A stretch of DNA of 63,703 nt, counting the filler, from Chiloscyllium plagiosum (taxonomy: Eukaryota): NCBI RefSeq assembly GCF_004010195.1. It is 3 parts of one record of this genome, joined end to end, with 100 filler letters (N's around TTAATTAATTAA, not from the genome) between each part and the next. Parts side by side here need not be neighbours in the genome. Positions count along the whole stretch, not along the records: positions 14,465 to 33,763 come from NC_057712.1; positions 33,864 to 63,703 come from NC_057712.1; 1 more part is not named here. One strand, given 5' to 3'. Below are positions 26,041-38,940 of this stretch, piece after piece. The notes under the pieces were generated by a model. The model did not search any database, was not told where the DNA came from, and saw only the letters and a program-made list of their open reading frames with translations. The position numbers and the translations under genes are program-made. Position 1 is the first letter of the stretch, and every line of letters begins with the position of its first letter.

Positions 26041-27439
26041 TGATGTCCTTTGGGGACACAAGTCTGGTCCAGAGTTGCTGCATTCCTTTGCTGATGATGA
26101 GACCTTTTTTGTGATAAGGAGACCAAAGCCGCACACGGTACTCCTTCGGAAGCCTAACCAATCTCCTCCACAATTGGATCGGGGCACAGATGGAAGGCAG
26201 AGCCAAGGCCAGGCATGGATGGTGCCTACACTGGGGCTCTGGTGGTCTGGTGTGTGGCAGCAGCTGAAGACCTGGATCAGGACTTTGATGGTCTGAGATC
26301 GCAGGAGAGAGGCTAATGCAGCATTTGCAGTGATGATGAGTGCAGGGGACATTGAGCCAGCACGGGGAAAGTGTGCCAAAGCTGAGGAGATTGAGCCCAT
26401 GTAGGAAGTGCAGTCCCGAAAACCAGCCAAAAATTCAATGGTTTGAGCAGGTGAGCAAATGTGAGCCATAATGTTTATTGATTTGGCTCTTTATACCGTA
26501 GGCAATTGGCCTTGCCATTTCCCTGGTATATGAACATATCCTTCCCTTCCCTGCCAAGTACAAGAAGATGTTGCATCACCTCCTGCTTTCTTCTTTTCAA
26601 CGGTTATGAATTTTGGAATCCTCACTTCAATAAAGTGGTTAATGTTCTCTTATTGAATGCATTCAAGATGGGGTCCATAGACAAGGGTGTATTGGGCAAT
26701 GGAGATCGTGTATGGAAGTCGAGTTGAATTAGACAATTAGCCATTATCTTATTGGATGTTGACGAAGAGTCATCGGACCTTGTGGTCTATTGTTGCTCAG
26801 ATTTCTACGGTCGTGTTTTGAACAAACATTTACCTCTTGTTTGCTACCTTCATACTGGACAGAACTAACAATCCATTCTCACATAGTAGCAATGGCACAA
26901 CAAGTTTATTCTCTGCTAACTTATACATGGAATAAGATGGGCTGATTAAAAAATTGATTAAAAGCTAGCCCCCTCAACGAAACTCTGGCTCTGTTACTTG
27001 TTCATGTGTCCAGGGAACATATTGTAGGGGGTCACTAGAGTTCAAGGGGCTCCTGAATTGATTATTGGCACATCTTAATGTACATCAATGGAAGGAGAAG
27101 GAGAGAGAGAGAGAGATCCTGGAGAGGAGTAATCATCCAAACAATCCCCTCTGTTGGTGTGTTAGCCATGGTTACATTCTTACACATGAAATTGGAGGCA
27201 TCGTGTATACAAGGTATCGAAATCTTTCCTTCTGTCACATGACATCAGATTCTAAAATACAAGTTAAAAGCAGGTGTAAGGTCCTTAGTGGGTCCTCAAA
27301 CATGTCCCATCAAGGTCAAGACCAAAGCTGATCTGATTGCAATCTCACTACATGCTCTCACCCCCACCCCCCACCCCCGCCCACTTCAATTTGGCAGGGC
27401 ACTAGCGAAGCAGCATATTACGGATCTCGCTTTTCTTGT

Positions 27440-27660
27440 GCATGAGTGATAAAATGTTATAATGTCAGTGCAGCGAGTGATTACGAAGGTGGATAGAATC
27501 CTATCCTTTATTACAAGAGGAATTGGAAATAAAAGAAAGAATGTTATACTCCAGTTACTCAGGACATTGGTGAGACCACATCTCAAATACAATGCACAGC
27601 TATGGTCTTCCTATTTAAGGAAGGATATAAATGTGTTGGAGGAGATTCAGAGCAAGATTA
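27440..27660 (+). mobile_element. CR1 ORF2 fragment
   Basis: RILSFITRGIGNKRKNVILQLLRTLVRPHLKYNAQLWSSYLRKDI. Confidence 0.8.
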
Positions 27661-27902
27661 ATAACATATCAATACATTGATATCTTTTCTTAAAAAGGGG
27701 GGGGGGGGGCCAAGACTGTTCACAGTGCTCCACATATAGTCTCACCAGTGCCCTGTAAAATCGTACTGTAACCTCCATATGTTAGTCCTCAATGCCCTGG
27801 CAATAAATGTGATGTCATTTCAGAAACCTCAGATCCTCTTTCTGCTAAGTCTGCTCAATTGATGAATTAGATCAAGGCTAATCAATATTTAACACCATAC
27901 CT

Positions 27903-28207
27903 AGGGCAGCATGATGGCTGTTGGCACTCCTACCTCGCAACTACCCGGGTTCCATTATAGCTTCGGGCGACTGGCTGTGTGGAATTCACAAATTCACCCT
28001 GTGCCTGTGTGGGTTTCCTCCTATTGTCCAAAGATGTACAGATTAGATGGATTGGCCACTTTAAAATGCCCCTTAGTGTGCAGGGATGTGCAGGTTAGGT
28101 TGATTATCCTTGGGATAGGGTAGGGGAATGAGTCCTGATGGGTTGCTCTTCAGAAGGTTGGTGCAGACTTGATAGGCTGAATGGCCTCTTTCTGCACTGT
28201 AGGATTC
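27903..28207 (+). mobile_element. Old, diverged HE1-type SINE
   Basis: gggcagcatgatggc head, gtgtgggtttcctc body, ggcctctttctgcactgtagga tail. Confidence 0.65.
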
Positions 28208-28687
28208 TTTGTTAACCCCATTTACCTTTCGCTGATCTGATTCCCTTAATGTCCTCCTCTAACAAAGCTGATGTTTGCTGCCAAAAGATTTTGATTTCTT
28301 TAAAACAATTCAACTTGGGAAAAATGAGTAAGAATTAACAAGTAATAATTTATGGTTTGTCAGCTTGATCTAACAGCAATCAAAAACTCCACATGCTGCA
28401 GTTCCAGGGTGTGAAGAATAGCAATTGAGCACAAAAGCATTTTGGAAAGCATACATTCAAATAATTATCTTGCTCAGTTGCTTGAAAAAAGGGACTAGAT
28501 ACAAATAATTAGTCTCATGATGACTGAAACCTAAAAGAATTGTTGACACATAGGATACTGAATCCAATTGGATTCAATAATTAAATTTGTGTCCATTTGA
28601 TACTGCATGCGTTCAGCGTCTGTTGTTCATTAAAATGAACTGTGCTTGTGAATTATTAATAGCTGCTACCTTTAATTTCCCTGCCAG

Positions 28688-28853
28688 AAATTAAACTGCT
28701 TCATAAATGGGTTGCAACAGTTAGAAAAGAATGAGACAGCCAAAAGTATCAGCAATGGTGTCACTGTGTCAGTCAGAGAGATTGATCGATGTGTGCAGCA
28801 TTTGCCGTATACAATAAAGAAGGCTTCACTCAAACCAGAAAGTCCCTTTCCAA
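28688..28853 (+). pseudogene. Candidate exon of unidentified + strand gene (open frame, phase 0 to 1)
   Basis: Acceptor cctttaatttccctgccag, donor caa/gtaacg; KLNCFINGLQQLEKNETAKSISNGVTVSVREIDRCVQHLPYTIKKASLKPESPFP. Confidence 0.4.
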
Positions 28854-29309
28854 GTAACGTGTGCTGCCCGTTATCCAAATACTACACTCTGACTTACCAC
28901 AACAAGAAAACAATGTTTTGGTTATGTCAGGTGTTGAAAAGTAATTAATAAATAACATGAAACTGTGCAATGATGTTAGTAACAATGTTCCCTTTATGAA
29001 TGAAACGAGATGGACCGCTCAGCGTTAATCTAGATACAGGAAAAGAAAGTTGCAAACCCAGACCTGTGGGCCATTCAAAATCGTACTCATTCAATTTTTA
29101 TTGTTTTTTTCAGAGTACAGAAGGCTGAGGGGAACCTGAGGGATGTGGACGAGGGGCATGGATAAGTTAGATAAGAAGAAACTCTTCCTCTAGTAGAGGT
29201 GTTAATAACCAAACAGTACAGTTTTAAGATTAGGATCAATAGAGGGGATTTGCGAAAATAATGTTTCACCCAGAAGGTTGTGATTAACTGGAGCTCAGTG
29301 GTTAAGAAC

Positions 29310-30702
29310 AGTAGGACCTCTGAAGACATCGAAGAAGTCTACATTACAGAAGAGGAAGTGCTGGATGTCTTGAAACGGGTAAAGGTGGATGAATCCCCAG
29401 GACCTGATCANNNNNNNNNNNNNNNNNNNNNNNNNNNNNNNNNNNNNNNNNNNNNNNNNNNNNNNNNNNNNNNNNNNNNNNNNNNNNNNNNNNNNNNNNN
29501 NNNNNNNNNNNNNNNNNNNNNNNNNNNNNNNNNNNNNNNNNNNNNNNNNNNNNNNNNNNNNNNNNNNNNNNNNNNNNNNNNNNNNNNNNNNNNNNNNNNN
29601 NNNNNNNNNNNNNNNNNNNNNNNNNNNNNNNNNNNNNNNNNNNNNNNNNNNNNNNNNNNNNNNNNNNNNNNNNNNNNNNNNNNNNNNNNNNNNNNNNNNN
29701 NNNNNNNNNNNNNNNNNNNNNNNNNNNNNNNNNNNNNNNNNNNNNNNNNNNNNNNNNNNNNNNNNNNNNNNNNNNNNNNNNNNNNNNNNNNNNNNNNNNN
29801 NNNNNNNNNNNNNNNNNNNNNNNNNNNNNNNNNNNNNNNNNNNNNNNNNNNNNNNNNNNNNNNNNNNNNNNNNNNNNNNNNNNNNNNNNNNNNNNNNNNN
29901 NNNNNNNNNNNNNNNNNNNNNNNNNNNNNNNNNNNNNNNNNNNNNNNNNNNNNNNNNNNNNNNNNNNNNNNNNNNNNNNNNNNNNNNNNNNNNNNNNNNN
30001 NNNNNNNNNNNNNNNNNNNNNNNNNNNNNNNNNNNNNNNNNNNNNNNNNNNNNNNNNNNNNNNNNNNNNNNNNNNNNNNNNNNNNNNNNNNNNNNNNNNN
30101 NNNNNNNNNNNNNNNNNNNNNNNNNNNNNNNNNNNNNNNNNNNNNNNNNNNNNNNNNNNNNNNNNNNNNNNNNNNNNNNNNNNNNNNNCTGTGACCAGTG
30201 GAGTGCCACAAGGATCAGTGCTGGGTCCACTACTTTCCATCATTTACATAAATGATTTGGATGAGAGCACAAGAGGTATAGTTAGTAAGTTTCCAAATGA
30301 CACCAAAATTGGAGGTATAGTGGACAGTGAAGAAGGTTACCTCAAATTACAACAGGATCTTGATCAGATGGGCCAATGGGCTGAGAAGTGGCAGATGGAG
30401 TTTAATTCAGATAAATGCAAGGTGCTGCATTTTGGGAAAGATAGAAAAGAGACCTAAGGGGCAACCTTTTCACACAGAGGTGGTATATGTATGGAATGAG
30501 CTGCCAGAAGAAGTGGTGGAGGCTGGTACAATTGCAACATTTAAGAGGCACTGGATGGGTATATGAATAGGGAGCGTTTGGAGGGATATGGGTCGGGTGC
30601 TGGCAGGTGGGACTAGATTGAGTTGGGATATCTGATCGGCATGGACGGGTTGGACCGAAGGGTCTGTTTCCATGCTGTACATCTCTATGACTCTATGATT
30701 CT
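29310..30702 (+). mobile_element. CR1 LINE spanning an assembly gap (N 29411-30188)
   Basis: ITEEEVLDVLKRVKVDESPGPD before the gap; [14 protein letters not shown]...INDLD...KFPNDTKIGG after it; tail tctatgactctatgattcta; internal deletion near 30440. Confidence 0.9.
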
Positions 30703-31939
30703 AAGTATTTAGTTGAGCAGCTGAAATACCATAGCATACAAGATTACAGACCACGTGCTGGAAAGTAACTTTGGAATAGATAGATACTTAACTGATGCGG
30801 ACATGATGGGCTGAAGAGCCTCTTTCTGTGCTGTAAAACTCCAGAGCTACATTAATGTCACAGTGTCTGTGCTAAAATGGGGAGAGTTGGCCCACATGTT
30901 AGTTAAACAACACTCTGTAATAGTCATACTTATGGAATTGTACCTTCCAGCTAGTGTCTTAGGCAGCACCAGTACCATTCCTGTGTTCTGTCCCACTGAC
31001 AGGCAAACCCACCAGAAATGGTGACAAATAGATATACATTTGGGGATGAAGTTGTTCTTCGGGCCGCTAGCATTAACTCCAGACCCCATGAAGTCTCCTG
31101 TCAGGTGCCACAGATGAAATTGAGGTAATAAAGCCAAGTACCCTTTCTCAGCTGAGACTCAATGGACAAAATGGCTTCCATCTCTCCTCCTTATCCAGTG
31201 GTTGTAAGATTAGGAAGTTATCACGATTGTTACTTTCAATTTTCTTCCTAATTACAAAATTACTCACACTGATATTTGTTTCAGGTAAATATTTGAGGTG
31301 AAGGTAGTTTTGGTAGTGAATTTACTGTGTGCACAAAAGAAACCCAAAGACAATACTCATATTGCACTTTGATTATGATCAAGATTACCAGCAGATAGCC
31401 ATCCTTAAGAATGTACAGAAGAAACACACATTGTCTCCTTGCAACACGCCATAACTTCCTCCACGGTTACAAATGACATCCTTCTTTGGGAAAGAGTTGC
31501 ACAAACAGGAGAACACTAGGTGACAACTAAACCGAGGTATTGCCCGAATAATCTTTATGTTAACACTGGATGCTATGTGACTGCTTTAGTTCTTGTGTTA
31601 CTGGCATAAAGAAGGGGTCTGATGTCAGCATTTTAAAATCTTGTGTTCTTCTTCCAAATTACAATCTTGTTAATAAGCAGTCCCAGTGTTATCTCTCTGA
31701 GGCTGGACAGGATGAACACTATAATAGAGAAAGCCAATCTGTCAGGGTTAAAGATATCTGTGGCTTTAAAATGTAAAGTAATAAATTTCCATCTTTAGTA
31801 CTCTGAGCACAGAACTGGCATGAATGAGTGCAACTCCACCAACTCTCAAGAAAATTGACACCACCCAGAACAAAGTAGCTAGCTTGATAAGCACCTCATA
31901 AACCACCTTTAACACCCATTCTCTACAGCATTACAGATG

Positions 31940-32898
31940 ACCCCATTACACTATACACTCTCAAACACAAGCACACATAGACATACACACTCTTACATAC
32001 TCACACACTCACGCAGGCTCCCTCTCATACACACGCTGTCTTTCAGACACACACGCACACCCCCACCTGCTTCCCTACTCACACCCAGGCGCACACCATC
32101 TCACAGGCTTATATGCACACACTCTACCATGCAAGCACACAAGCACATGCATACACACGCGCACACACACACACTCTCTCTCTCTCCCCCTCACATGAAT
32201 GCACAAATATATAGAAATCTATGGGTGAATTTGCCTTTGCAGAATTGTATTTAAAGATACATTCTATTTTGCTCAAAAAGCACAGTCTGCAGGCAGTCAA
32301 AGCACACAAGCACATGCATACACACGCACACACACACTCTCTCTCTCTCTCCCCCTCACATGAATGCACAAATATATAGAAATCTACGGGTGAATTTGCC
32401 TTTGCAGAATTGTATTTAAAGATACATTCTATTTTGCTCAAATAGCACACAGTCTGCAGGCAGTCAATCCATGTGACATTTTATAAATTCCTATTTTGGA
32501 AACAGAAAATAGTCTGACTCAAGATTGGGACACAGACAGACTCTAACCTCACACCTTTAGTGCATTGTCTGAGCTGAGATGTCAATTTTTTTTCTGAAAC
32601 CTTAAGTTATCCCAAGAATGTGACTTAAAAGACATTCTGGGATTTACATATTAATGAATCAAAACATGCAACCCATTCTCAAAGATGAAAGAGTTAACAG
32701 CAATCCAGGTTTGTTCAATATATCAGATCAGTTGTATGATATTATAAATTCTGTGCCTTATGATCCTGCTGTACTAGCTACCTGATGAAAGACCAATGCT
32801 GCGAAAGCTTGTACTACCAAATAAACCTGTTGGACTATAACCTGGTGTTGTGTGACTTTTAACTTTGTCCACCCCAATTCCACACTGGCAATTCCTCA
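31940..32898 (+). mobile_element. Non-autonomous PLE family 2 element with CA-rich head and ~167-bp internal tandem duplication (32133-32467)
   Basis: Collinear with 9039-9543; decayed hammerhead at 32779-32813. Confidence 0.75.
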
Positions 32899-32949
32899 TT
32901 ATCCCTACTGCACTGACACACAGTGGCAGCAACTGTATCATAGACAAGA

Positions 32950-34140
32950 TAGAGTCATAGAGATGTACAGCATAGAAACAGACCCTTCAGTCCAACCCAT
33001 CCATGCTGACCAGATATCCCAACCCAATCTAGTCCCACCTGCCAGCACCCAGCCCATATCCTCGAAACCTTTCCTATTCATATACCCATCCAAATGCCTT
33101 TTAAATGTTGCAATTGTACCAGCCTCCACCACATCCTCTGGCAGCTCATTCCATACACGTACCACCCTCTGTGTGAAAAAGTTGCCCCTTAGGTCTCTTT
33201 TATATCTTTCCCCATCTCATCCTAAACCTATGCCCTCTAGTTCTGGACTCCCTGACCCCAGGGAAAAGACTTTGTCTGTTTATCCTATCCATGCCCCTCA
33301 TAAGTTTGTCAACCTCGATAAGGTCACCCCTCAGCCTCCAACACTCCAGGGAAAACAATCCCAGCCTGTTCAGCCTCTCCCTGTAGCTCAGATCCTCCAA
33401 CCCTGACAATATCCTTGTAAATCTTTTCTGAACCCTTTCAAGTTTCACAACATCTTTCTGATAGGAAGGAGACCAGAATTGAATGCAATATTTCAACAGT
33501 GGCCTAACCAATGTCCTGTACAGCTGCAACATGACCTCCCAACTCCTGTACTCAATACTCTGACCAATAAAGGAAAGCATACCAAATGCCTTCTTCACTA
33601 TCCTATCTACCAGTGACTCCACTTGCAAGGAGCTATGAACCTGCACTCCAAGGTCTCTTTGTTCAGCAACACTCCCTAGGACCTTACCATTAAGTGTATA
33701 AGTCCTGCTAAGATTTGCTTTCCCAAAATGCAGCATCTCGCATTTATCTGAATTAAACTCTATNNNNNNNNNNNNNNNNNNNNNNNNNNNNNNNNNNNNN
33801 NNNNNNNTTAATTAATTAANNNNNNNNNNNNNNNNNNNNNNNNNNNNNNNNNNNNNNNNNNNNTTATCCTTGATCCTACCCACCAAAGATTTTTCATGCC
33901 CTCTCTTAGCTCTCCTAATCCCTTTCTTCAGCTCCCTCCTGGCTATCCTGTATCTCTCCAACGCTCTGTCTGAACCTTGTTTCCTCAACCTTATGTAAGC
34001 CTCCTTCTTCCTCTTTACAAGACAGTCAACCTCCCTCGTCAACCAAGGTTCCTTCACATGGCCATTTCTTTCCTGCCTGACAGGTACATACATATCAAGG
34101 ACACGTTGTATCTGTTCCTTGAAAAAGTTCCTCATTTCAG
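32950..34140 (-). mobile_element. Young CR1/HER1-type LINE, broken by a 100-bp scaffold gap (33764-33863)
   Basis: LHFGKANLSRTYTLNGKVLGSVAEQRDLGVQVHSSL...LYRTLVRPLLKYCIQFWSP; tail agagtcatagagatgtacagc. Confidence 0.95.
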
Positions 34141-35933
34141 CTGAAGCAGCTGAAGGTGCTTGTTCAGAAGACAGTATCCCAAGAAATCCCTGCAATGAGG
34201 TCCTGGATCTGATTGATCTCAAAGAATTACAACCATTGTCTTTTGTGCCAGGTTTGACTGTAACCAGCAGAGAGGTTTCTGCCTGATTCCCTTTGACCCC
34301 AGTTTTGCTAGAGGTCCTTGACTCAAAACTACGTCAAATGCATCCATGTATCAAGGGCAGTTATTCTCATTTCCCCTCAGGAATTCAACTCTTTCTTCCA
34401 GGTTTAGACCAAGGCTGTAATGAGGGAAAGAGCTGAGCCTAGTGGAATCCAAACTGAGTATTTATGAGCAGATCGTTGGTCGGCAAGTGGTGTTTGATAG
34501 CAGTGTTGACAACCCTTTCCATTACTTTGCTGATGATCTAAAGTAGACAGACAGGGTGGCAATTGGCTATGTTTGATTTGTCTGACTTTCTCACAAAGAT
34601 GGGCAATTGTCCACATTATAGGTAGATGTCAGTATCATATGTCCAATGGCTAGTTCTGGAGCATAAGTCTTCAGCACTATTGGTAGAGTGTTGTCAGGGA
34701 CCCTTGGTTTGCTCTATCCAGTGTATCCAACTGTTTCTTGATATGATATGGTGTGAGTTGAATGCTAAGGGTTTGTATGGTCGGCATTTATGATGCAAAC
34801 TTTGGAACTGTCACACTTTTCATGTTTGGTAAGCATCCAGAGACGTTCAAAGTGTATGCATGGTACAAGTCTCCAGTGCAAGTCTTTCTGGATGCCGTAT
34901 TCACGAGAGCTTTAGTACACATGCAGATAACATCGTTCAGAAATATGTAGAGAAGGCAACTTATATCAATCATTGTGTAACAAGAATTTGGCCCCAATTC
35001 TGTCATTCTGGAGCTCAATATTTAAATAATGACCTCTTTCAACCATAGCTGCAGGAAGGACTCAGCACCTGTGTGATTTAAAAGGGACAATCGACTACTT
35101 AGAGGTTAATTGATTGTTTAATATCTTCACAAATGCACATCTCTCTTTTGGGAGGAGTGTTGGAAGGTTTGACAGGCTGATTAACAATCTGTTTGAACCA
35201 TCACAACAACACAGGACCAACAAACCCTGAAATGAGGGTAGAAACTCTGAGGCAAGGCCATGACCGACTGAGACAGAAAGCTTTGCAGCTAATTGCTGAT
35301 CAATATCTGCTGGGCATTGTTACAATTGCTTCTTCTTAAAAAAAGGGTGACTTTTGGCAGCTGCTGAAGGACATTGTTCTAATTTTAATGCTACCACACA
35401 TCCAAACAGGAGCAAATTAATCTTTGAACCCAGCATGACTGGAGAATGAATGGAGGGTATCCAGTTAGAATGAGGCAAACTATTGGAAGACAGAAGCGAA
35501 GATGGTGAGGGCTCTTGACAGGAGTCACATCAGTCATGGGTTACTCTGGGAGGAATTCTGTATTTGACATGTTCATGTTTAATAAGATTTCATCACTGTG
35601 ACTGCAACCTTAAACAAGGCAAGGTCCACATTGAGCCAGACATCTGATGTCTAGGATGGTGAAAGATTGTCTTCAACCTATGTTGCATATCAGGACTGTA
35701 CAAAACTCCTGGTATATACACATATGTTGCATTTTAAAATGTCTTTAACTCTGAGCTCAGTGTCAGATTCTCTTGATAGACATGTGGCCTTAATCAGATG
35801 CTTGTCCTGGAAACGTTATGCTAGTTAATATTGGTCTAACTTGTGATTAGCTAACATAACTGAACTAATTACCACAGCCAGACAGCTTCTCCCTCCTGCC
35901 CCAACCTGACCTGATACAACTGGCCTGATATAC

Positions 35934-36240
35934 GGGCGGCACGGTGGCACAGTGGTTAGCACTGCTGCCTCACAGTGCCAGAGACCCGGGTTCAATTCCC
36001 GTGTGGAGTTTGCATGTTCTCCCCGTGTCTGCATGGGTTTCCTCCGGGTGCTCCGTTTTCCTCCCATAATCCGAAGATGTGCAGGTTAGGTGAATTGGCC
36101 ATGCTAAATTGCCCGTAGTGTTAGGTAAGGGATAAATATAGGGGAATGGGTGGGTTGCGCTTCGGCGGGTCGGTGTGGACTTGTTGGGCCGAAGGGCCTG
36201 TTTCCACACTGTAATGTAACGTAATCTAATCTAAAAAAAA
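35934..36240 (+). mobile_element. HE1-type tRNA-derived SINE (small internal deletion)
   Basis: A box tggcacagtgg, B box ggttcaattcc, CR1-like tail ...ccacactgtaatgtaacgtaatctaatct. Confidence 0.92.
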
Positions 36241-37109
36241 CTACCCTCATGTAAAAGCAAAATACTGTGGATGTTGGCAATCGGACACAAAATGCAGAAT
36301 GTGTCAGAGAAACTCAGGAGATCTGGCTGCATCTGTGGAGATTGAAGCAGAGTTAACATTTCAAGTCTGGTATGACTCTCCTTCAGAAGCCCTTTAATAC
36401 CTGATCCAACACAGTATCCTGTAGTCTGCTTTGATTTAACCTTTGAACTGTGATGATCCGAACACTCAGTTGACTGCCTATTGACCTGAACCGACTATCC
36501 TTCCAACCAGATCCAACTGATCTGCATTCCTCCTGACCTAAGACAACCACTCCAAACCAAGCCGACTACTCCCAATCCAGCTATCTCCCAACCCAAGTTG
36601 ACTATCCTCTTGGCCTGACCATAAACAATCATCCAGATTCCCCTAAACTAACACCCAGCCCCTTCCATGACCCAGGCCAGCTGCCCCAGCCCCCACTGCT
36701 CATTCACATGCATGCTCTCTTCCAGTACATGCTCATCCAGCCACCCCTATCTGCTCCCTACTTCACCTGCCCCCTTCCCATGCCTCTTATATGTATACAC
36801 TCTTATGCATGCAGCCCTGTCCCACTGTATGCACTCAAGATAGTACACACACCCTTGCACACATGCACACAGTCACCCAGGCACTCACACACTCACTCAT
36901 TGAAAAATATAAGACTTTTTAAAAACTTCCCTAGACATTGCAGCTGTTGTCATGAAAAATGAAGTCTTGTCTTCATCTACGTTTGTCACTCTTGCCCTGG
37001 AGAAGCTGGATTGGCATTTCAATTGCTGCTGGGATCAGAAGTCCCAGAAATAATACACAATATAATGCACAACAGGGGTGCAGAAGATGTCACTGACCAG
37101 AAATAGATC

Positions 37110-37506
37110 AATGGTAATAAAGGAGATTGTGCTCATGAATCTATGTGCATCAGACCCCTTCCAAACTGGAGCAAAGACTAAAGACATTTTCAACATCTTA
37201 CAGTTTGCTGGTGCAAGTTTCACAAGGGAGGTGACTGAGGCTCCTTATTCAAAGAAAACCGTCTGTTTCATTCTCTCTTGCCACAGAAAGATAGACACAT
37301 GTTAGTACATGGCTTTGTGAAGATTGCAGGCTTCCCCATGGTGCTGCGTGTCATTGATCAAACATACATTGTTTTATGGGTGCAGCATATCAACTCTGAA
37401 ACTGAAGAGGAATCCACTCTGTCATCGTCCACCTGGTCTGTAATCAAAGGCAGAGAAGGAATCTTGCAGATCAATGCCCTGGAGCAGTCATCATGATGCC
37501 TTTATT
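37110..37506 (+). pseudogene. Decayed PIF/Harbinger (HARBI1-like) transposase fragment
   Basis: Frameshifted translation LCASDPFQTGA..DIFNILQ...REVTEA / GFVKIAGFPMVLRVIDQTYIVL / HSVIVHLVCN / HDAFI matches Harbinger DDE motifs (IAGFPxVxGxIDxTH, HDA). Confidence 0.7.
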
Positions 37507-37921
37507 TTTTTTTTCCACACTACCACCTGACAGTGGTAGTGCTTATTTTCCTTCCTCACCCATATCATGTGTGTGCAGGTGTCGGACACAGTGAAGAACA
37601 ACAAATGTGTACATCCTTATCTATACTCCACCACCAGGAAGAAAGGAAACACCCGAGTGGCCAGTGACAAGCAGCGCCCTTCACATCAAAGGGCAATATT
37701 GTGTGATCAAAGAGTGAAGGGGAGGCCAGGGATTAAATCAAAATAGAGTTGGAGGGGGAAATAATGCTCTCCACTCCCTGCGGTGCCCACCTTTCCCTGA
37801 AAGGGTGTTGGTGGACACCGTTGGTTCCTTCCCCAGGGACACCCGGGCTCTGACATAACCGCGGAAGGGGGACAGACAATCAGCCCTGATGATCCCCTCC
37901 ACGGCCCACTCACTGGACCTG
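37507..37921 (-). mobile_element. 5'-truncated Tx1-type (L1 group) retrotransposon, copy 1
   Basis: Reverse translation AVEGIIRADCLSPFRGYVRARVSLGKE...FRERWAPQGVESIISPSNSILI*, 3' UTR hairpin cactaccac-tgtcag-gtggtagtg, poly(A), 16-bp flanking repeat; family assignment from recalled Tx1 ORF2 C-terminus. Confidence 0.7.
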
Positions 37922-37937
37922 TCATGATGCCTTTATT

Positions 37938-38381
37938 TATTTTTTCTTTTTTTGATTCTCCAGTTCTTTTTTTTTCTTTTTTTTAAGCAGTAGTGCTTAT
38001 TTTTTCCCCAGCACCCATGGTGTGTGTGTGCAGGTGTGAGACACAGTGAAAGACACAAGGTGCATGAATCTTTATTCAAATTTTCACCTCCAGGAAGAAA
38101 GGAAACACCCGAGTGGCCAGTGACAAACACTGCCCTTCACATCAAAGGGCAATACTGTGTGATCAAAACAGTGAAGAGGAGGGATCAAATCAAAACAGAG
38201 TTGGAGGGGAAAATAATGCTCTCCACTCCCTGCGGTGCCCACCTTTCCCTGAACAATTCAAGGATGTTGGTGGACCACCGCGTGTTCCTTCTCCAGGGAC
38301 ACCCGGGCTCTGACATAACCATGGAAGAGGGACAGACAATTGGCCCTGATGATCCCCCCCATGGCCCACTGACTGGATCTG
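37938..38381 (-). mobile_element. 5'-truncated Tx1-type retrotransposon, copy 2
   Basis: Diverged paralog of copy 1 (STNILELFRERWAPQGVESIIFPSNSVLI*) with A-rich tail. Confidence 0.7.
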
Positions 38382-38632
38382 TCATGATGCCTTTATTCTG
38401 AAAGGAGAGGCAAATACTTATTATTGCTGGACTCTTAATTTAACGGCCCAGGGGATCCAGGTTCAAATTTCGCCACAGCAGATGGTGGAATCTGAATTCA
38501 ATAAAAGTCCGGAATTAAGAGTTTAATGATGACCATGAATCCATTATCAATTGTTGGAAAGACCCATCTGGTTCACTGGGAAGAGAACTGCCATCCTTAC
38601 CTGGTCTGGCCTACATGTGACATCAGAAATGT

Positions 38633-38940
38633 GGGCGGCACGGTGGCACAGTGGTTAGCACTGCTGCCTCACAGCGCCTGAGAGCCAGGCTCAATTCCTG
38701 CCTCAGGCGACTGACTGTGTGGAGTTTGCACATTCTCCCCGTGTCTGCGTGGGTTTCCTCCGGGTGCTCCGGTTTCCTCCCACAGTCCAAAGATGTGCAG
38801 GTCAGGTGAGTTGACCATGCTAAATTGCCCGTAGTGTTAGGTAATGGGTAAATGTAGGGGTATGGGTGGGTTGCGCTTCGGCGGGTCGGTGTGGACTTGT
38901 TGGACCGAAGGGCCTGTTTCCACACTGTAATGTAATCTAA
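38633..38940 (+). mobile_element. HE1-type SINE nested in an older SINE-like repeat (38421-39053)
   Basis: gggcggcacggtggcacagtggttagc...ccacactgtaatgtaatct; host repeat resumes with the gggcaattaggaatgggcaataaatgctgg tail. Confidence 0.92.

Noticed and set aside
29280..30255. Five long ORFs of 267-311 aa
   Set aside because: They consist almost entirely of X from the N gap
31285..31535. Exon-like segment with acceptor tttgtttcag and donor gag/gtattg
   Set aside because: Stops in all three frames within the first codons; insufficient support on its own
32133..32467. 167-bp tandem duplication as a functional repeat
   Set aside because: Near-identical copies within a decayed element next to microsatellites; likely slippage or assembly overlap
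35934..36005. tRNA gene
   Set aside because: A/B boxes belong to the HE1 SINE head; no complete cloverleaf and the sequence continues into the SINE body
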